DNA of 64,000 bases, from contig JAZNAU010000020.1 in NCBI GenBank assembly GCA_045586685.1, forward strand, positions 1 through 64,000, written 5' to 3'. This DNA comes from Clostridia bacterium. Its GTDB lineage: Bacteria > Bacillota > Clostridia > HGM11514. Made by a program: the position numbers and the translations under genes. The stretch's first letter is position 1; the number at the start of each line of letters is the position of its first letter. Under the pieces are notes generated by a model. The model was not told the origin of the DNA and did not search any database. It saw only the letters and a list, made by a program, of their open reading frames with translations. Below, in pieces: positions 29,737 to 40,095 of this stretch.

Positions 29737-31209
29737 TTATCCAATATACTTTCTAAAGGTTTCATAAGCTGCATCCCAATCCAAATCGGAATCTGCAGTA
29801 TAAATTGTTGTTTCGAAAGAGTCACGAACCAACTGCCGTGCTTCATTCAAATCCTTTAATTCGCCCAAAGCTATAAGCTGAACCAAATTGTTTCCGATTG
29901 CAGTTGCCTCAACGGGTCCTGCAATGACTTCCCGCTTGGTAGCATTTGCGGTAAAACTGCAAATCAGCTTATCCTTGATACCACCGCCAACTAAATGAAT
30001 CCGATTGATTTTCTTGCCCTGAATTTCTTCCAGACATTCTACGGTATAACGGTATTTCAATGCCAAGCTCTGTGCAATACAACGAATCACTTCACCCTTG
30101 GTTTCGGGAACAGGCTGTCCTGTTCTCTTGCAGAATTCCTGCACCTTGGTAGGCATATTGTTAGGACCTGCAAACAGCATATCATCAGGATCAACAAAGG
30201 AAACGAAGGGAGCCGCTTCTCTTGCAGCTTGTTCCAAATCGTTAAAGGAAAGCTTTTCTCCGTCAATTTCCCATTGACGCTTACATTCCTGAATCAACCA
30301 CAGACCCATGATGTTCTTCATAAGCAACACCTTATCTCCTGCACCGCCTTCGTTGGTGAAGTTCAGTTTCATGGTATGATCGTTAATCAAAGGTTTATCG
30401 ATTTCTGCTCCCATAATTGACCAGGTACCGCAACTGATAAAGGCATAATCATCCCCACCCGTTACAGGTACACTCACTACAGCCGACGCTGTATCATGAG
30501 AGGCAACAGAAACAACAGGAATTGCCGGAACACCCAACTCCTTAGAAATTTCAGGAAGAAGGTTCCCTACCTTTGCTCCCGGCTTTACAACATCTAAGTA
30601 CAGATTTGTGGGAATCCCCAGTTTTGTCATCAAATCCTCCGCCCATACACCCTTAGAAGAATTGTACATCTGAGAGGTAGTGGAGTTGGTATATTCGCTG
30701 GATTTTACCCCTGTCAAAAAATAATTGAACAGGTCAGGCATCATAAGCATGGTATCCGCTTTTTCCAAAATAGCAGAACCCTGCTGCACCATTGCCATCA
30801 TCTGGTACAGAGTATTAAACCAAATAATTTCAATTCCCGTCTGACCGAAAATTTCATCACGTCCTGCAAGCTGGCAAGCTTTTTCCATCATTCCATCCGT
30901 TCTGGTATCACGATAATGATAAGGGTTGCCCAGCAAATTGCCTTGTTTGTCCAACAAACCAAAATCTACACCCCAGGTATCAATCCCGATGGATGCAATA
31001 TCACGATGGCCTTTATGAACGGTCTGTACGATTCCCTGTTTGATTTCATGAAACAAACGGAGTACATCCCAGTGAAGGCTGTTGCCAATCTGCACAGGGT
31101 CATTCGAAAACCGATGGGTTTCTTCCAAATCCAGTTTTTTGCCGTCGTATAAGCCTAAAATGGCACGGCCGCTGCTTGCTCCAAAGTCAAATGCTAATGT
31201 TTTAATCAT
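29737..31209 (-). CDS. rhaB: Rhamnulokinase family FGGY sugar kinase
   Basis: DFGASSGR, IDTWGVDF, HDTASA, FTNEGG, KNIMGLW. Confidence 0.88.
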   Translation of the reverse strand: MIKTLAFDFGASSGRAILGLYDGKKLDLEETHRFSNDPVQIGNSLHWDVLRLFHEIKQGIVQTVHKGHRDIASIGIDTWGVDFGLLDKQGNLLGNPYHYRDTRTDGMMEKACQLAGRDEIFGQTGIEIIWFNTLYQMMAMVQQGSAILEKADTMLMMPDLFNYFLTGVKSSEYTNSTTSQMYNSSKGVWAEDLMTKLGIPTNLYLDVVKPGAKVGNLLPEISKELGVPAIPVVSVASHDTASAVVSVPVTGGDDYAFISCGTWSIMGAEIDKPLINDHTMKLNFTNEGGAGDKVLLMKNIMGLWLIQECKRQWEIDGEKLSFNDLEQAAREAAPFVSFVDPDDMLFAGPNNMPTKVQEFCKRTGQPVPETKGEVIRCIAQSLALKYRYTVECLEEIQGKKINRIHLVGGGIKDKLICSFTANATKREVIAGPVEATAIGNNLVQLIALGELKDLNEARQLVRDSFETTIYTADSDLDWDAAYETFRKYIG

Positions 31210-31253
31210 AATAATTCCCTCCCTATCCTCCCTGGGGGAAGATATTTTTTCAT

Positions 31254-33131
31254 TTAAGATTTTATCATTTCCAATTCCTGATTTAACTGCTCCCATTCTT
31301 CCATCAAGGCTTCTAATTTTGTTTTTTTCTCCTCACATTCCGAGAACAGTTCCATGCTTTTATTGTAATCCGACGCACTTTCTTCCATTTGCTTTTGCAG
31401 TTCTTCAATTTCCTGTTCCAATTCTAAAATTTCATCCTCACAGCGGTTAAGTTTTCCTGTTGCACGGTTTATGGCAGAACGCCGTTCTTTTGCTTCTTTA
31501 TAATCTAAATTCTTCTTTTCTGCCTTGCCATCAGGGACAGAAACCTCCACTCGCTTTTCCGCATAATAGTCATAATCTCCGTCGTAGCACACCGCCCCTT
31601 GGGGGGTCAATTCATAAATTTTGGTAGCAAGACGGTTGATAAAATAACGGTCATGGGAAATCATGAAAAGGGTTCCTTCGTAAGCACTTAAAGCTTGTTC
31701 CAAAGCTTCACGTGAGGCAATATCCAGATGGTTCGTAGGCTCATCCAGCAACAAAAAGTTTGCTCCGGAAAGCATCAATCTGCAAAGCAACACTCTTGCC
31801 TTTTCTCCGCCGCTTAACACATCCACCGTCTTTTCCACGTCATCCCCGTAAAACAAAAATGCCGCCAGTGCATTACAAAGCTCTGTTCTTGTTTTAGAAG
31901 GATAGGCATCCCACAGAGTATCGAGAACGGTTTTTCCGGAAGGTAAATCCGATTGCATCTGGTCGTAATACCCGATTGTGACACCGGGACCAAATATAAA
32001 CTCTCCGTCACCTGTACACTTCCCTAACATCATTTTCATCAGAGTGGTTTTCCCGCAACCGTTTTTCCCAAGCAAAAACACTCTGTTTTTTTGACGAATC
32101 TCCATAGATACATTTCGAAAAATCTGTTTGGTTCCAAACTGTTTCTCCGCATTCCGTACGGTCAGAAACTCCTGAGGTCCCATGGCGCTGACTCCAAAAG
32201 AAAGACGGATAGCACGTTGCTTTTCTTCAGGAGTAACTAAATTTGCCTGTAAACGGTCAATGGATTTTTGTTTATGCTCGGCAGTACGGATATTCCGCTC
32301 CCGATTCCATTGTTTTTGCTGAGCAATAATTCCCTCAATCCGCTTAATTTCCCTTTGTGTATTTTCATAATTTCTTGTAATTGTTTTTTGTTCTTCCTCT
32401 TTTAAGTAAAGATAACGGCTATAGTTTCCCGGATAGCTTTTTAAAGCACAGTTTGACATAGCAAATGTTTTATCCGTTACCTTATCCAAAAAATAACGGT
32501 CATGGGAAATCACCATAAACGCACCGTTATATTCCTTCAAATACCGTTCCAGCCATTCTACAGATCCAATATCCAGATGGTTGGTCGGTTCATCCAATAA
32601 CAACAAATCTGCACGGCTTAACAAAATTTTTGCCAACATCAGTCTTGTTTTTTGTCCTCCGCTTAGCTGTTGTGCAGAAAATTCCTGTTCCGAAAAACCC
32701 AATCCTGTCAGAACCCCCTTGATACGACTGCGGAATTCTGCTCCTCCTTCACGAAAAAACTGTTCCTGTAATTGATGTTGACGTTCTATCAGCTCAGCAG
32801 ATTGTTCTTTTTCCAATACATCATTGATTTCTTCGATTCGCTGTTCCAATTCCAGTAAATCAGAAAAACAGGACAAACATTCTTCATAAACGGAGCCTGA
32901 AAATTGCATCATCTGCTCCATGTAAGCAAGCTTCATCCCTTTTGCAAGAGTAACTTGTCCCCCGTCAGCAGACTCCTCCCCTGTAATAATTTTAAACAGA
33001 GTCGTTTTTCCGCATCCGTTAGCACCTACTAAGCCTATTTTTTCACCGGTTTCTACAGAAAAGCTCACCTCCGAAAACAGTTCCTCTGCTCCAAAGGACT
33101 TTTCCAGCCCGTTCACACCCAAAAGAATCAT
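31254..33131 (-). CDS. ABC-F family ATPase
   Basis: Two NBDs (GCGKTT, LSGG, LDEPTNHLD), no TM segments, C-terminal coiled coil. Confidence 0.93.
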   Translation of the reverse strand: MILLGVNGLEKSFGAEELFSEVSFSVETGEKIGLVGANGCGKTTLFKIITGEESADGGQVTLAKGMKLAYMEQMMQFSGSVYEECLSCFSDLLELEQRIEEINDVLEKEQSAELIERQHQLQEQFFREGGAEFRSRIKGVLTGLGFSEQEFSAQQLSGGQKTRLMLAKILLSRADLLLLDEPTNHLDIGSVEWLERYLKEYNGAFMVISHDRYFLDKVTDKTFAMSNCALKSYPGNYSRYLYLKEEEQKTITRNYENTQREIKRIEGIIAQQKQWNRERNIRTAEHKQKSIDRLQANLVTPEEKQRAIRLSFGVSAMGPQEFLTVRNAEKQFGTKQIFRNVSMEIRQKNRVFLLGKNGCGKTTLMKMMLGKCTGDGEFIFGPGVTIGYYDQMQSDLPSGKTVLDTLWDAYPSKTRTELCNALAAFLFYGDDVEKTVDVLSGGEKARVLLCRLMLSGANFLLLDEPTNHLDIASREALEQALSAYEGTLFMISHDRYFINRLATKIYELTPQGAVCYDGDYDYYAEKRVEVSVPDGKAEKKNLDYKEAKERRSAINRATGKLNRCEDEILELEQEIEELQKQMEESASDYNKSMELFSECEEKKTKLEALMEEWEQLNQELEMIKS

Positions 33132-33143
33132 TCATCTCTTCCT

Positions 33144-34010
33144 TTACTGACCCAATGCCATTTTTTGCATTGCTTCCAGTCGAACCGCCTCATAATCTTC
33201 CTGTGTCATTTCCGCTCTGAGAATGACATGGTAGCCCCAAGAGGATTTTACAGGCTTTTTTGTAATTTTGCCAACCTGTAATGCAAATGCAGCATCTTCA
33301 AATGCCTTATCCCCAATTTCCCCTCTGGCAAATACATAGCCTTCGGGATATTCCGCTACACCCCCGTCCAGATTATGCTCATACATCAGAGCTTCAAAAT
33401 TAAATCCTTCTTTTGTCACCTGGTCGATAATAATTTCGCCTTTGCTTCTTCCTTTTATAGAATTTTCCAAAAGAATATGCTGGACTTTAATATAATTGTC
33501 GCCGATAAATGCATCCTGTTGCTCAATGCTGTAAATTTTCTCTTTATCATAGAAAATATTAACAGAGGAGGTAATTCCATTCCAAATGACTTCTGCATCT
33601 AAGGCTTCGCTGACAGCACGCAAGGGCACCATAATACGGTCGTTGATATTCTGTGCCGGCACATCTAAAGAAATACGGGATTCAACACTTTTTTGTGTTT
33701 CATCCTCTATTATATAATCCCGAACGACAATTTCATTTTTTCCTTCTGAAATCTGCAACAACCGCACCCGACCGGGCATGGCACATGCCGCATAAGCCGC
33801 ACCATTACTCCATTGCACCATACAACCATAGGCTTCGAAAATAGCACGGAGAGGTACCAAGGTTCTATCTGACACCAGCGTAGGCTGTTGATCCGGAAAA
33901 CTCACCCGCTCTGTATTTAAAAAAACGCTGATTTTTGGTTCTTCCGCACTAACTACACTTGCGCAACTCAACATCAAGCATAATGATAATAACACGCATA
34001 TCTTTTTCAT
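33144..34010 (-). CDS. Secreted copper-amine-oxidase N-terminal (stalk) domain plus parvulin-type PPIase
   Basis: Signal peptide; RTLVPLR and RIMVPLR repeats; HILL..FEDAAFAL..SSWGYHVI. Confidence 0.8.
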   Translation of the reverse strand: MKKICVLLSLCLMLSCASVVSAEEPKISVFLNTERVSFPDQQPTLVSDRTLVPLRAIFEAYGCMVQWSNGAAYAACAMPGRVRLLQISEGKNEIVVRDYIIEDETQKSVESRISLDVPAQNINDRIMVPLRAVSEALDAEVIWNGITSSVNIFYDKEKIYSIEQQDAFIGDNYIKVQHILLENSIKGRSKGEIIIDQVTKEGFNFEALMYEHNLDGGVAEYPEGYVFARGEIGDKAFEDAAFALQVGKITKKPVKSSWGYHVILRAEMTQEDYEAVRLEAMQKMALGQ

Positions 34011-34756
34011 TTTTCATTCTCCCCTCTATCCTTCATGTAAGTGCTGTGAAGGCTCATAATTTTCTCAACACCGCCCAATTCAATCAAACTGACGCATTGT
34101 TCCTCTGTGACTAAAATGTGATCTACCAATTCAATATTCAGTGTGTCCAATGCCCGCTTTATTTTCAAAGTATAATCATAATCTTCAGACGAAAATGCCG
34201 CAATACCGCTGGGATGGTTATGTGCAAAAACAACACCGCTGGCATTTTGTTGTAAAATCAAGCTGACTGCCTTTGGAATGGAAACTGAGACATTACCTTG
34301 ATCACCCTCCCCCAACAAAAGGGTTCGAATCACTTTTTTTCCAGGAGATAAACAAATGCAGTACATCCGTTCATACATACAATCAAAAAACAAGGTTCTT
34401 GCATACTCTATCATCTGCTTTGTGGTTTCAAATGTACAGGAAGTTTCTTTCGCATGATAAAGCCCATATTGCCGAAAAATCGGTAGTATCATTTTAATCA
34501 GACAGGCTGAGTTTTTGCTGATGCCTTTGACCTTCAGCAAATCCTCATAGCTGGCCTGCAGCACTGCCGGCAGTGAATTATGAAAATGGTTTAGCAGTTG
34601 ATGCGCCAATTCATTTGTATCTTTTCTGGGAATTGCATAAAATAAAAGCAGCTCAAGGATTTCGTGCGGCTTAAAGGCATCCAAGCCTTCCTCCAAAAAA
34701 CGTTTCCGCAATCGATTCCTATGACCTGCATGCACGTTGTCTTCTGACTTGCTCAT
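34007..34756 (-). CDS. radC: RadC-like JAB domain protein
   Basis: HAGHRNRLR, AHNHPSG, SSED, LVDHILV. Confidence 0.9.
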   Translation of the reverse strand: MSKSEDNVHAGHRNRLRKRFLEEGLDAFKPHEILELLLFYAIPRKDTNELAHQLLNHFHNSLPAVLQASYEDLLKVKGISKNSACLIKMILPIFRQYGLYHAKETSCTFETTKQMIEYARTLFFDCMYERMYCICLSPGKKVIRTLLLGEGDQGNVSVSIPKAVSLILQQNASGVVFAHNHPSGIAAFSSEDYDYTLKIKRALDTLNIELVDHILVTEEQCVSLIELGGVEKIMSLHSTYMKDRGENEK

Positions 34757-34784
34757 ACCGAGCACCACCTGTTACAATAATAAA

Positions 34785-34859
34785 TGGTGACCCTAAGGGG
34801 ATTCGAACCCCTATTACCGCCGTGAGAGGGCGGCGTACTGACCATTATACGATAGGGCC
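34785..34859 (-). tRNA. tRNA-Glu (CTC)
   Basis: Cloverleaf; anticodon arm CCGCC-CTCTCAC-GGCGG; TTCGAA; CCA end. Confidence 0.95.
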
Positions 34860-34919
34860 ACACCACTAGCATTATTATACCATATTTCTCATTAAAAAGC
34901 AAGCTTTTTTTGCATATTT

Positions 34920-35756
34920 TCAATGATAAACCAAAAAGCCATTTCCTACAATCTGCTGAGATTCTGCATAGATCACGAAAGCTCCTTCATCTATCTCCAA
35001 TACCTTCTTTTCAAAACTTGGAATTTCGTTGTCTTTTAATGCACATACCAGCATATTCTTTTTCTCTTTTGTGTAAGCCCCTGTGACATCAATCAGGGTA
35101 ACTCCTCTAGGTGAAGAAGAAACCAACCGCTGTGCCATATCACTGCCGGATTCCGTAATAATAAAGGCAAGCTTCGATATATTCATTTTTTTAATCAGCC
35201 AATCAATAGCGGTACTGGAAATCGCCAGACCGAAAACACCGAACAACACCAAATCTACCGTTTTGAAGCAAAGGAAGGATGCAAGGAGCACCAATCCATC
35301 AACAAACATTAATAATTTTCCGATTGACATATGAGGAAAAAAGTGCTGAATCAGTCTTCCAGCAATATCTGTTCCACCGGTAGACGCTCTGTTTACCAAA
35401 GTCAAACCAATTCCAAAACCATAAAGCACCGCACCGTAAATTGTAGCCAGAAAAACATTGTCTGTCAAAGGCGGTAAGTAAGAAAACAGTTCGGTAAACA
35501 GCGAAACCCCGCCTGCACAGATGACCGTTTTTATTAAAAAGGATTTTCCCAATATCCTTGCGCCTATTAACAACAACATCAGATTGATGGCATAATAGGA
35601 AATACCGGCAGGAATATGCAGGGTATGATATAAAATCGTTGAAATACCCGAAACACCTCCGGTAACAATTTTATTCGGCACAAAACAGAGACCAATCCCC
35701 GCTGATACCGACACAACACCCAGTAAAATTAACAAATATGATTTAATTTTTTTCAT
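34920..35756 (-). CDS. YitT family membrane protein
   Basis: TGGVSG, STGGTDI, RGVT..GAYT, IDEGAF. Confidence 0.9.
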   Translation of the reverse strand: MKKIKSYLLILLGVVSVSAGIGLCFVPNKIVTGGVSGISTILYHTLHIPAGISYYAINLMLLLIGARILGKSFLIKTVICAGGVSLFTELFSYLPPLTDNVFLATIYGAVLYGFGIGLTLVNRASTGGTDIAGRLIQHFFPHMSIGKLLMFVDGLVLLASFLCFKTVDLVLFGVFGLAISSTAIDWLIKKMNISKLAFIITESGSDMAQRLVSSSPRGVTLIDVTGAYTKEKKNMLVCALKDNEIPSFEKKVLEIDEGAFVIYAESQQIVGNGFLVYH

Positions 35757-35791
35757 ATGAATCCTCCACTCATGTCAAAATATAAACGTTT

Positions 35792-36658
35792 TCATTGGTT
35801 TGCTACAATAGACCTTGTGCTTTCATTCCGATACTGCACCGGTGTCATCCCTATTTTTTGTTTAAATCGGCGGTTAAAATAAGAAATATTTTCAAATCCA
35901 CATTCCATGGCAATTTTTATCACCGGTTGTGTTGTTCCTGTAAGCATCATGCAGGCCTTTTCAATCCGCTTGCAGTTTATGTAATCAAACACTCCTGTCC
36001 TCATTACCTTTTTAAAATAGGTGCAAAAATAAGTTCGGTTCATGTGAACCATAGAAGCAAGACCATCCAGAGAAAATTGTTCCTCCCCGTAATGCACATC
36101 GATATATTCCAAGCAGGGATGCAGACGGTGGTACATCTTATGAAACTTCGCTTCCTCTTCCCGGCTTTCTTTTTGATTCAAGCTTCGATACACCAACCCC
36201 AAAAATTGCATCAGCATTGCCTTTAATATCATTCGATAACCCGATTTTTTCTCCGTCACTTCTTTCTCCATGGCAAACAATAATTCTCTCAACTGTTCCG
36301 CTATGTTCTCCTGTGTTTCCAAACAACCAAAGTCAAAAATGTTCTTTTGATAAAAGGGCTGAATATACTGGTAATCAAACAGATGGTTTTGATGGATAAA
36401 AGAAGGCTGAAACATTATTAACATAATCTTTAAATTATTCGTGGAAACTGCTTCATGCACCTGCAAATTGTTTATAAAATAAAACGAACCGGGCTTACAT
36501 TCCAGCCGTTTTCCGTCAACCAAAAGATATCCTTCCCCGCCCAGACAATAATTGATTTCCAGGCAATCATGAAAATGCAAGCCTGTGTCGCTTTTCACAT
36601 CGGTTCTATATAATTGAAATTCAAATTTTTGATCAAAGGGAATAAACATCTTGTTCAA
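35792..36658 (-). CDS. AraC family transcriptional regulator (cupin plus HTH)
   Basis: LHFHDCLEI; IAMECGFENISYFNRRFK..GMTP. Confidence 0.92.
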   Translation of the reverse strand: MNKMFIPFDQKFEFQLYRTDVKSDTGLHFHDCLEINYCLGGEGYLLVDGKRLECKPGSFYFINNLQVHEAVSTNNLKIMLIMFQPSFIHQNHLFDYQYIQPFYQKNIFDFGCLETQENIAEQLRELLFAMEKEVTEKKSGYRMILKAMLMQFLGLVYRSLNQKESREEEAKFHKMYHRLHPCLEYIDVHYGEEQFSLDGLASMVHMNRTYFCTYFKKVMRTGVFDYINCKRIEKACMMLTGTTQPVIKIAMECGFENISYFNRRFKQKIGMTPVQYRNESTRSIVANQ

Positions 36659-36802
36659 TACAAACGCCTCCTTCTTATTATTATACTATAATTTTACATA
36701 TGAAACAAGGGCATTTAAAAAATTTTCTTGAAAATTGCAAAATTTATGATATAATAGAATGCATACAACGAGTTTTGCAACAAGCGCAAGGGAGTGATAA
36801 CA

Positions 36803-39067
36803 ATGTTGTGCAGTCGCTGTAAAAAAAACATTGCTGTTGTCTTTATGGCAAGAGCAGATAACGGGGAAATTACAAAAGAAGGTCTTTGTCTTTCCTGTGC
36901 AAAAGAACTGGGTATTAAACCGGTAGAGGAAATGTTATCCCAGATGAATGTTGATGACGAACAGATGGAGTCCATGATGGAAGAAATGAACGGAATGTTC
37001 TCCGATGAAAACATGGCACAGCTTGCCTCGGGCGGAAACCCGTTTGAAATGTTCGGTTCATTGCTTTCACAACCGCCCCAAGAATTTTCAGAAGAAGAGG
37101 AAAATTCTGCAAAGAAATCCACAAAAACCAAAACAGATAAAAAAATATTAAAGAAAAAACGATTACTGGATACCTACGGCACCAATCTGACGAAAAAAGC
37201 AGTGGAAGGTGCCATTGATCGGGTCATTAAACGGGAAGAAGAAATTGCCCGTGTCATTCGTATTTTAAACCGAAGAACTAAGAACAATCCCGTTCTTTTG
37301 GGTGATCCCGGTGTAGGAAAAAGTGCCATCGCAGAAGGGCTTGCTGTTCGAATTGCAGAAAAGCAGGTGCCTGCGATGCTGTTAAGTTTTGAAGTGTATC
37401 TACTTGATTTTACCGCCATTGTTGCAGGAACCCAATTTCGCGGACAGTTTGAGTCCCGTTTGAAAAATATTATTGAAGAAGCAAAAAACTTAGGAAATAT
37501 TATTCTTGTTATTGATGAACTTCATAATATTATGGGTGCAGGAGATGCAGAAGGTGCAATGAGTGCTGCTAATATCTTAAAACCTGCTCTTGCCAGAGGA
37601 GAAATTCGGATTTTAGGAGCAACAACCTTAGATGAATATCGTAAGCATATCGAAAAGGACTCTGCTTTGGAACGTCGCTTCCAGCCGGTTATGGTCAACG
37701 AACCCTCCCTTGAGGATACAGTTGAAATTTTGCAAGGCATCAAACATTATTACGAAGAATTTCACCGTGTGGTGATCAATGACGAAATCATCTGTGAGGC
37801 AGTGGATATGGCAGCCCGATATCTGCCGGAACGTTTTTTCCCTGACAAAGCAATTGACCTGATTGATGAGGCTGGCTCCATGGTTAACTTAAAAAATCTG
37901 GCATTAGTGGAGCTGACCAATTATAAAAACGAACTGAAAAAAGTAGCGGAAGAAAAAGAATCTGCAGTCTCAGCAGATTCCATTGAAGATTATCAAAAAG
38001 CGGCAGACTTAAAAATCAAAGAATGCCGTTTGCTTACCAAAATCGAAGAGCTGGAAGCAAAAATGGAAAATGTTTATGTAACCCGTGAAGATTTGGCTCA
38101 AGTAATTCAAAGCCGGACTGGTATTCCCGTTCAGCAGTTAACACAAGACCAATCTGAAAAACTACTGAATCTGGAGGAATATCTCCATCGCCGTGTCATT
38201 GGTCAGAACGAAGCCGTTTGTGCTGTTGCAAATGCAATTCGCCGTCACCGCGCAGGGTTAATTCGCAAAAAACGTCCTGTTTCCTTTATTTTTGTAGGAC
38301 CTACAGGAATAGGAAAGACAGAATTGGTAAAAACTCTTACAGAGCAGTTATTTGACACAGAGGATGCTCTCATTCGGGTAGATATGTCAGAATACATGGA
38401 AAAACATTCTGTTTCCAAGATGATTGGTTCTCCTCCGGGATATGTGGGATATGACGATGCAGGTCAGTTGACAGAAAAAGTGCGCCGTCGTCCTTATAGC
38501 GTCATTTTGCTGGACGAAATCGAAAAAGCACATGCTGACGTTCACAATATTCTTCTGCAAATTCTGGATGACGGTAAAATTACAGACAGCCACGGAAAAA
38601 CCGTTGATTTTCGAAATACAGTGATTATCATGACCTCCAATGCAGGTTCCAATGAATCCGCCGGAATTTATGGTTTTGGTACCAATCCGGAAGGTCGGGA
38701 AGAACGCAGAGCGGAACAGGGATTAAAAAATATTTTCCGACCCGAATTTTTAAATCGGATTGACGAAATTATCTCTTTCCATAGCCTCAACAAAGAGGAA
38801 ATCTGTGAAATTGCTTCTCTACAAATTCGCGATTTGGTTCATCAGGCATTGGCGAGCGGGATTACATTAGATGTCAGCTCAGATGTTGCAACATACGTTG
38901 CAGAAAAGGGCTACAGCCATGCTTACGGTGCCCGCCCCATTCGTCGGGTCATTCAAAAAGAACTGGAAGACCCCCTTTCCTCTTTGATTATTCGTGAAGA
39001 AGCAACAAAAGGTGACCGATTCAATGTCCTAATTGAAGGCGATATGATTAAAATTATAAAAAAATAA
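36803..39067 (+). CDS. ClpC/ClpE-like ATP-dependent Clp protease ATPase subunit
   Basis: N-terminal CxxC..CxxC; GDPGVGKS; GPTGIGKT; GSPPGYVGY. Confidence 0.92.
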   Translation: MLCSRCKKNIAVVFMARADNGEITKEGLCLSCAKELGIKPVEEMLSQMNVDDEQMESMMEEMNGMFSDENMAQLASGGNPFEMFGSLLSQPPQEFSEEEENSAKKSTKTKTDKKILKKKRLLDTYGTNLTKKAVEGAIDRVIKREEEIARVIRILNRRTKNNPVLLGDPGVGKSAIAEGLAVRIAEKQVPAMLLSFEVYLLDFTAIVAGTQFRGQFESRLKNIIEEAKNLGNIILVIDELHNIMGAGDAEGAMSAANILKPALARGEIRILGATTLDEYRKHIEKDSALERRFQPVMVNEPSLEDTVEILQGIKHYYEEFHRVVINDEIICEAVDMAARYLPERFFPDKAIDLIDEAGSMVNLKNLALVELTNYKNELKKVAEEKESAVSADSIEDYQKAADLKIKECRLLTKIEELEAKMENVYVTREDLAQVIQSRTGIPVQQLTQDQSEKLLNLEEYLHRRVIGQNEAVCAVANAIRRHRAGLIRKKRPVSFIFVGPTGIGKTELVKTLTEQLFDTEDALIRVDMSEYMEKHSVSKMIGSPPGYVGYDDAGQLTEKVRRRPYSVILLDEIEKAHADVHNILLQILDDGKITDSHGKTVDFRNTVIIMTSNAGSNESAGIYGFGTNPEGREERRAEQGLKNIFRPEFLNRIDEIISFHSLNKEEICEIASLQIRDLVHQALASGITLDVSSDVATYVAEKGYSHAYGARPIRRVIQKELEDPLSSLIIREEATKGDRFNVLIEGDMIKIIKK

Positions 39068-39086
39068 AAAAAATTTAAAAAAACAG

Positions 39087-39115
39087 TTGACAAATTAGGA
39101 ATTTCTTGTTATAAT
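39087..39115 (+). promoter_or_regulatory. Sigma-A promoter of the tRNA cluster
   Basis: TTGACA-17 bp-TATAAT with TGn extension and an A-rich UP-like element. Confidence 0.85.
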
Positions 39116-39175
39116 GATATGGTCACGTAAGGTGATAAACAACTTAACAAGCAACTTGTTTGCAGCTGTTTTGAT

Positions 39176-39249
39176 GCGGGTGTAGTTCAATGGCAGAATC
39201 CCAGCCTTCCAAGCTGGTCGTGTGGGTTCGATTCCCATCACCCGCTCCA
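39176..39249 (+). tRNA. tRNA-Gly (TCC)
   Basis: CCAGC-CTTCCAA-GCTGG anticodon arm; CCA end. Confidence 0.96.
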
Positions 39250-39256
39250 TTTTTAT

Positions 39257-39333
<77 letters not shown>

Positions 39334-39339
39334 ACCTAT

Positions 39340-39417
39340 GGTGGGTATAGCTCAGTTGGTTAGAGCGCTAGATTGTGGCTCTAGAGGCCGTCGGTTCGAA
39401 TCCGACTATCCACCCCA
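39340..39417 (+). tRNA. tRNA-His (GTG), with genomically encoded G-1
   Basis: CTAGA-TTGTGGC-TCTAG; G at 39340 opposite discriminator C. Confidence 0.96.
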
Positions 39418-39441
39418 CCAGTTTTACCTTACTACTTATAT

Positions 39442-39518
39442 TGGGATGTAGCCAAGTCGGTAAGGCACCAGACTTTGACTCTGGCATTTCGTAGGTTCGA
39501 GTCCTGCCATCCCAGCCA
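39442..39518 (+). tRNA. tRNA-Gln (TTG)
   Basis: CCAGA-CTTTGAC-TCTGG; CCA end. Confidence 0.96.
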
Positions 39519-39548
39519 AAACGGGAAGGACGAGCCTTCCCACAATAT

Positions 39549-39624
39549 GGACCATTAGCTCAGTCGGCAGAGCACTTGACTTTTAATCAAGGTGTCCGGG
39601 GTTCGAATCCCCGATGGTCCACCA
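39549..39624 (+). tRNA. tRNA-Lys (TTT)
   Basis: CTTGA-CTTTTAA-TCAAG; CCA end. Confidence 0.96.
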
Positions 39625-39654
39625 GAAAAAACGCCTTGTTTTGACAAGTCGTTT

Positions 39655-39993
39655 TTTCAATGAATTGCCTGACGGCACGAATTGAAATCTGCAATTTCAT
39701 GATTGAGCCTACAGCTCATGAATTGCACCTTACGGTGCATTAAGGCAATTCAACTCATAGAGCGATAGCGAGAATTCATGGCGAAGCCAATTCATGACAA
39801 CGAAGTTGTCAAATTATTATAAAATTAAATATCCCTTTGGTTCTGCTTTCCCAAAAAAAGCATCAATCTTCATATGAGATTGGTGCTTTTTTCAATGAAG
39901 CGTTCTTTACAGAACATTAAGTCGTCTGCGACAACGAAGTCGCTCCGCTAATGAAGTGTGCCTTAGGGCACATTTTCGAACGCTTCGCTTCAT
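39655..39993. repeat. REP/BIME-like mosaic of short hairpins separated by ATGAATT / ATGAAG words
   Basis: Hairpins GCC-TGAC-GGC, GAGC..GCTC, GCACC-TTAC-GGTGC, GGC-GAA-GCC, GACAAC-GAA-GTTGTC, GTTCT-TTAC-AGAAC, TGTGCC-TTAG-GGCACA. Confidence 0.75.
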
Positions 39994-40095
39994 AAATCTG
40001 CAAAGAAAAACGCAGACAAATAATTTCATTACAACACTTATATTTTTGAAAACACACCGCTTTTTTGTTTCAAATTTGAAAAGCGATGCATTTAT

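Noticed and set aside
34007-34859. radC next to tRNA-Glu as a sign of an integrated element
   Set aside because: Full-length chromosomal-type RadC, host-like composition, and no integrase or tRNA 3' duplication seen.
39660-39815. ATGAATT-spaced units as a mini-CRISPR
   Set aside because: The constant part is only 7 bp, the variable parts are self-complementary hairpins, and orientation flips midway.
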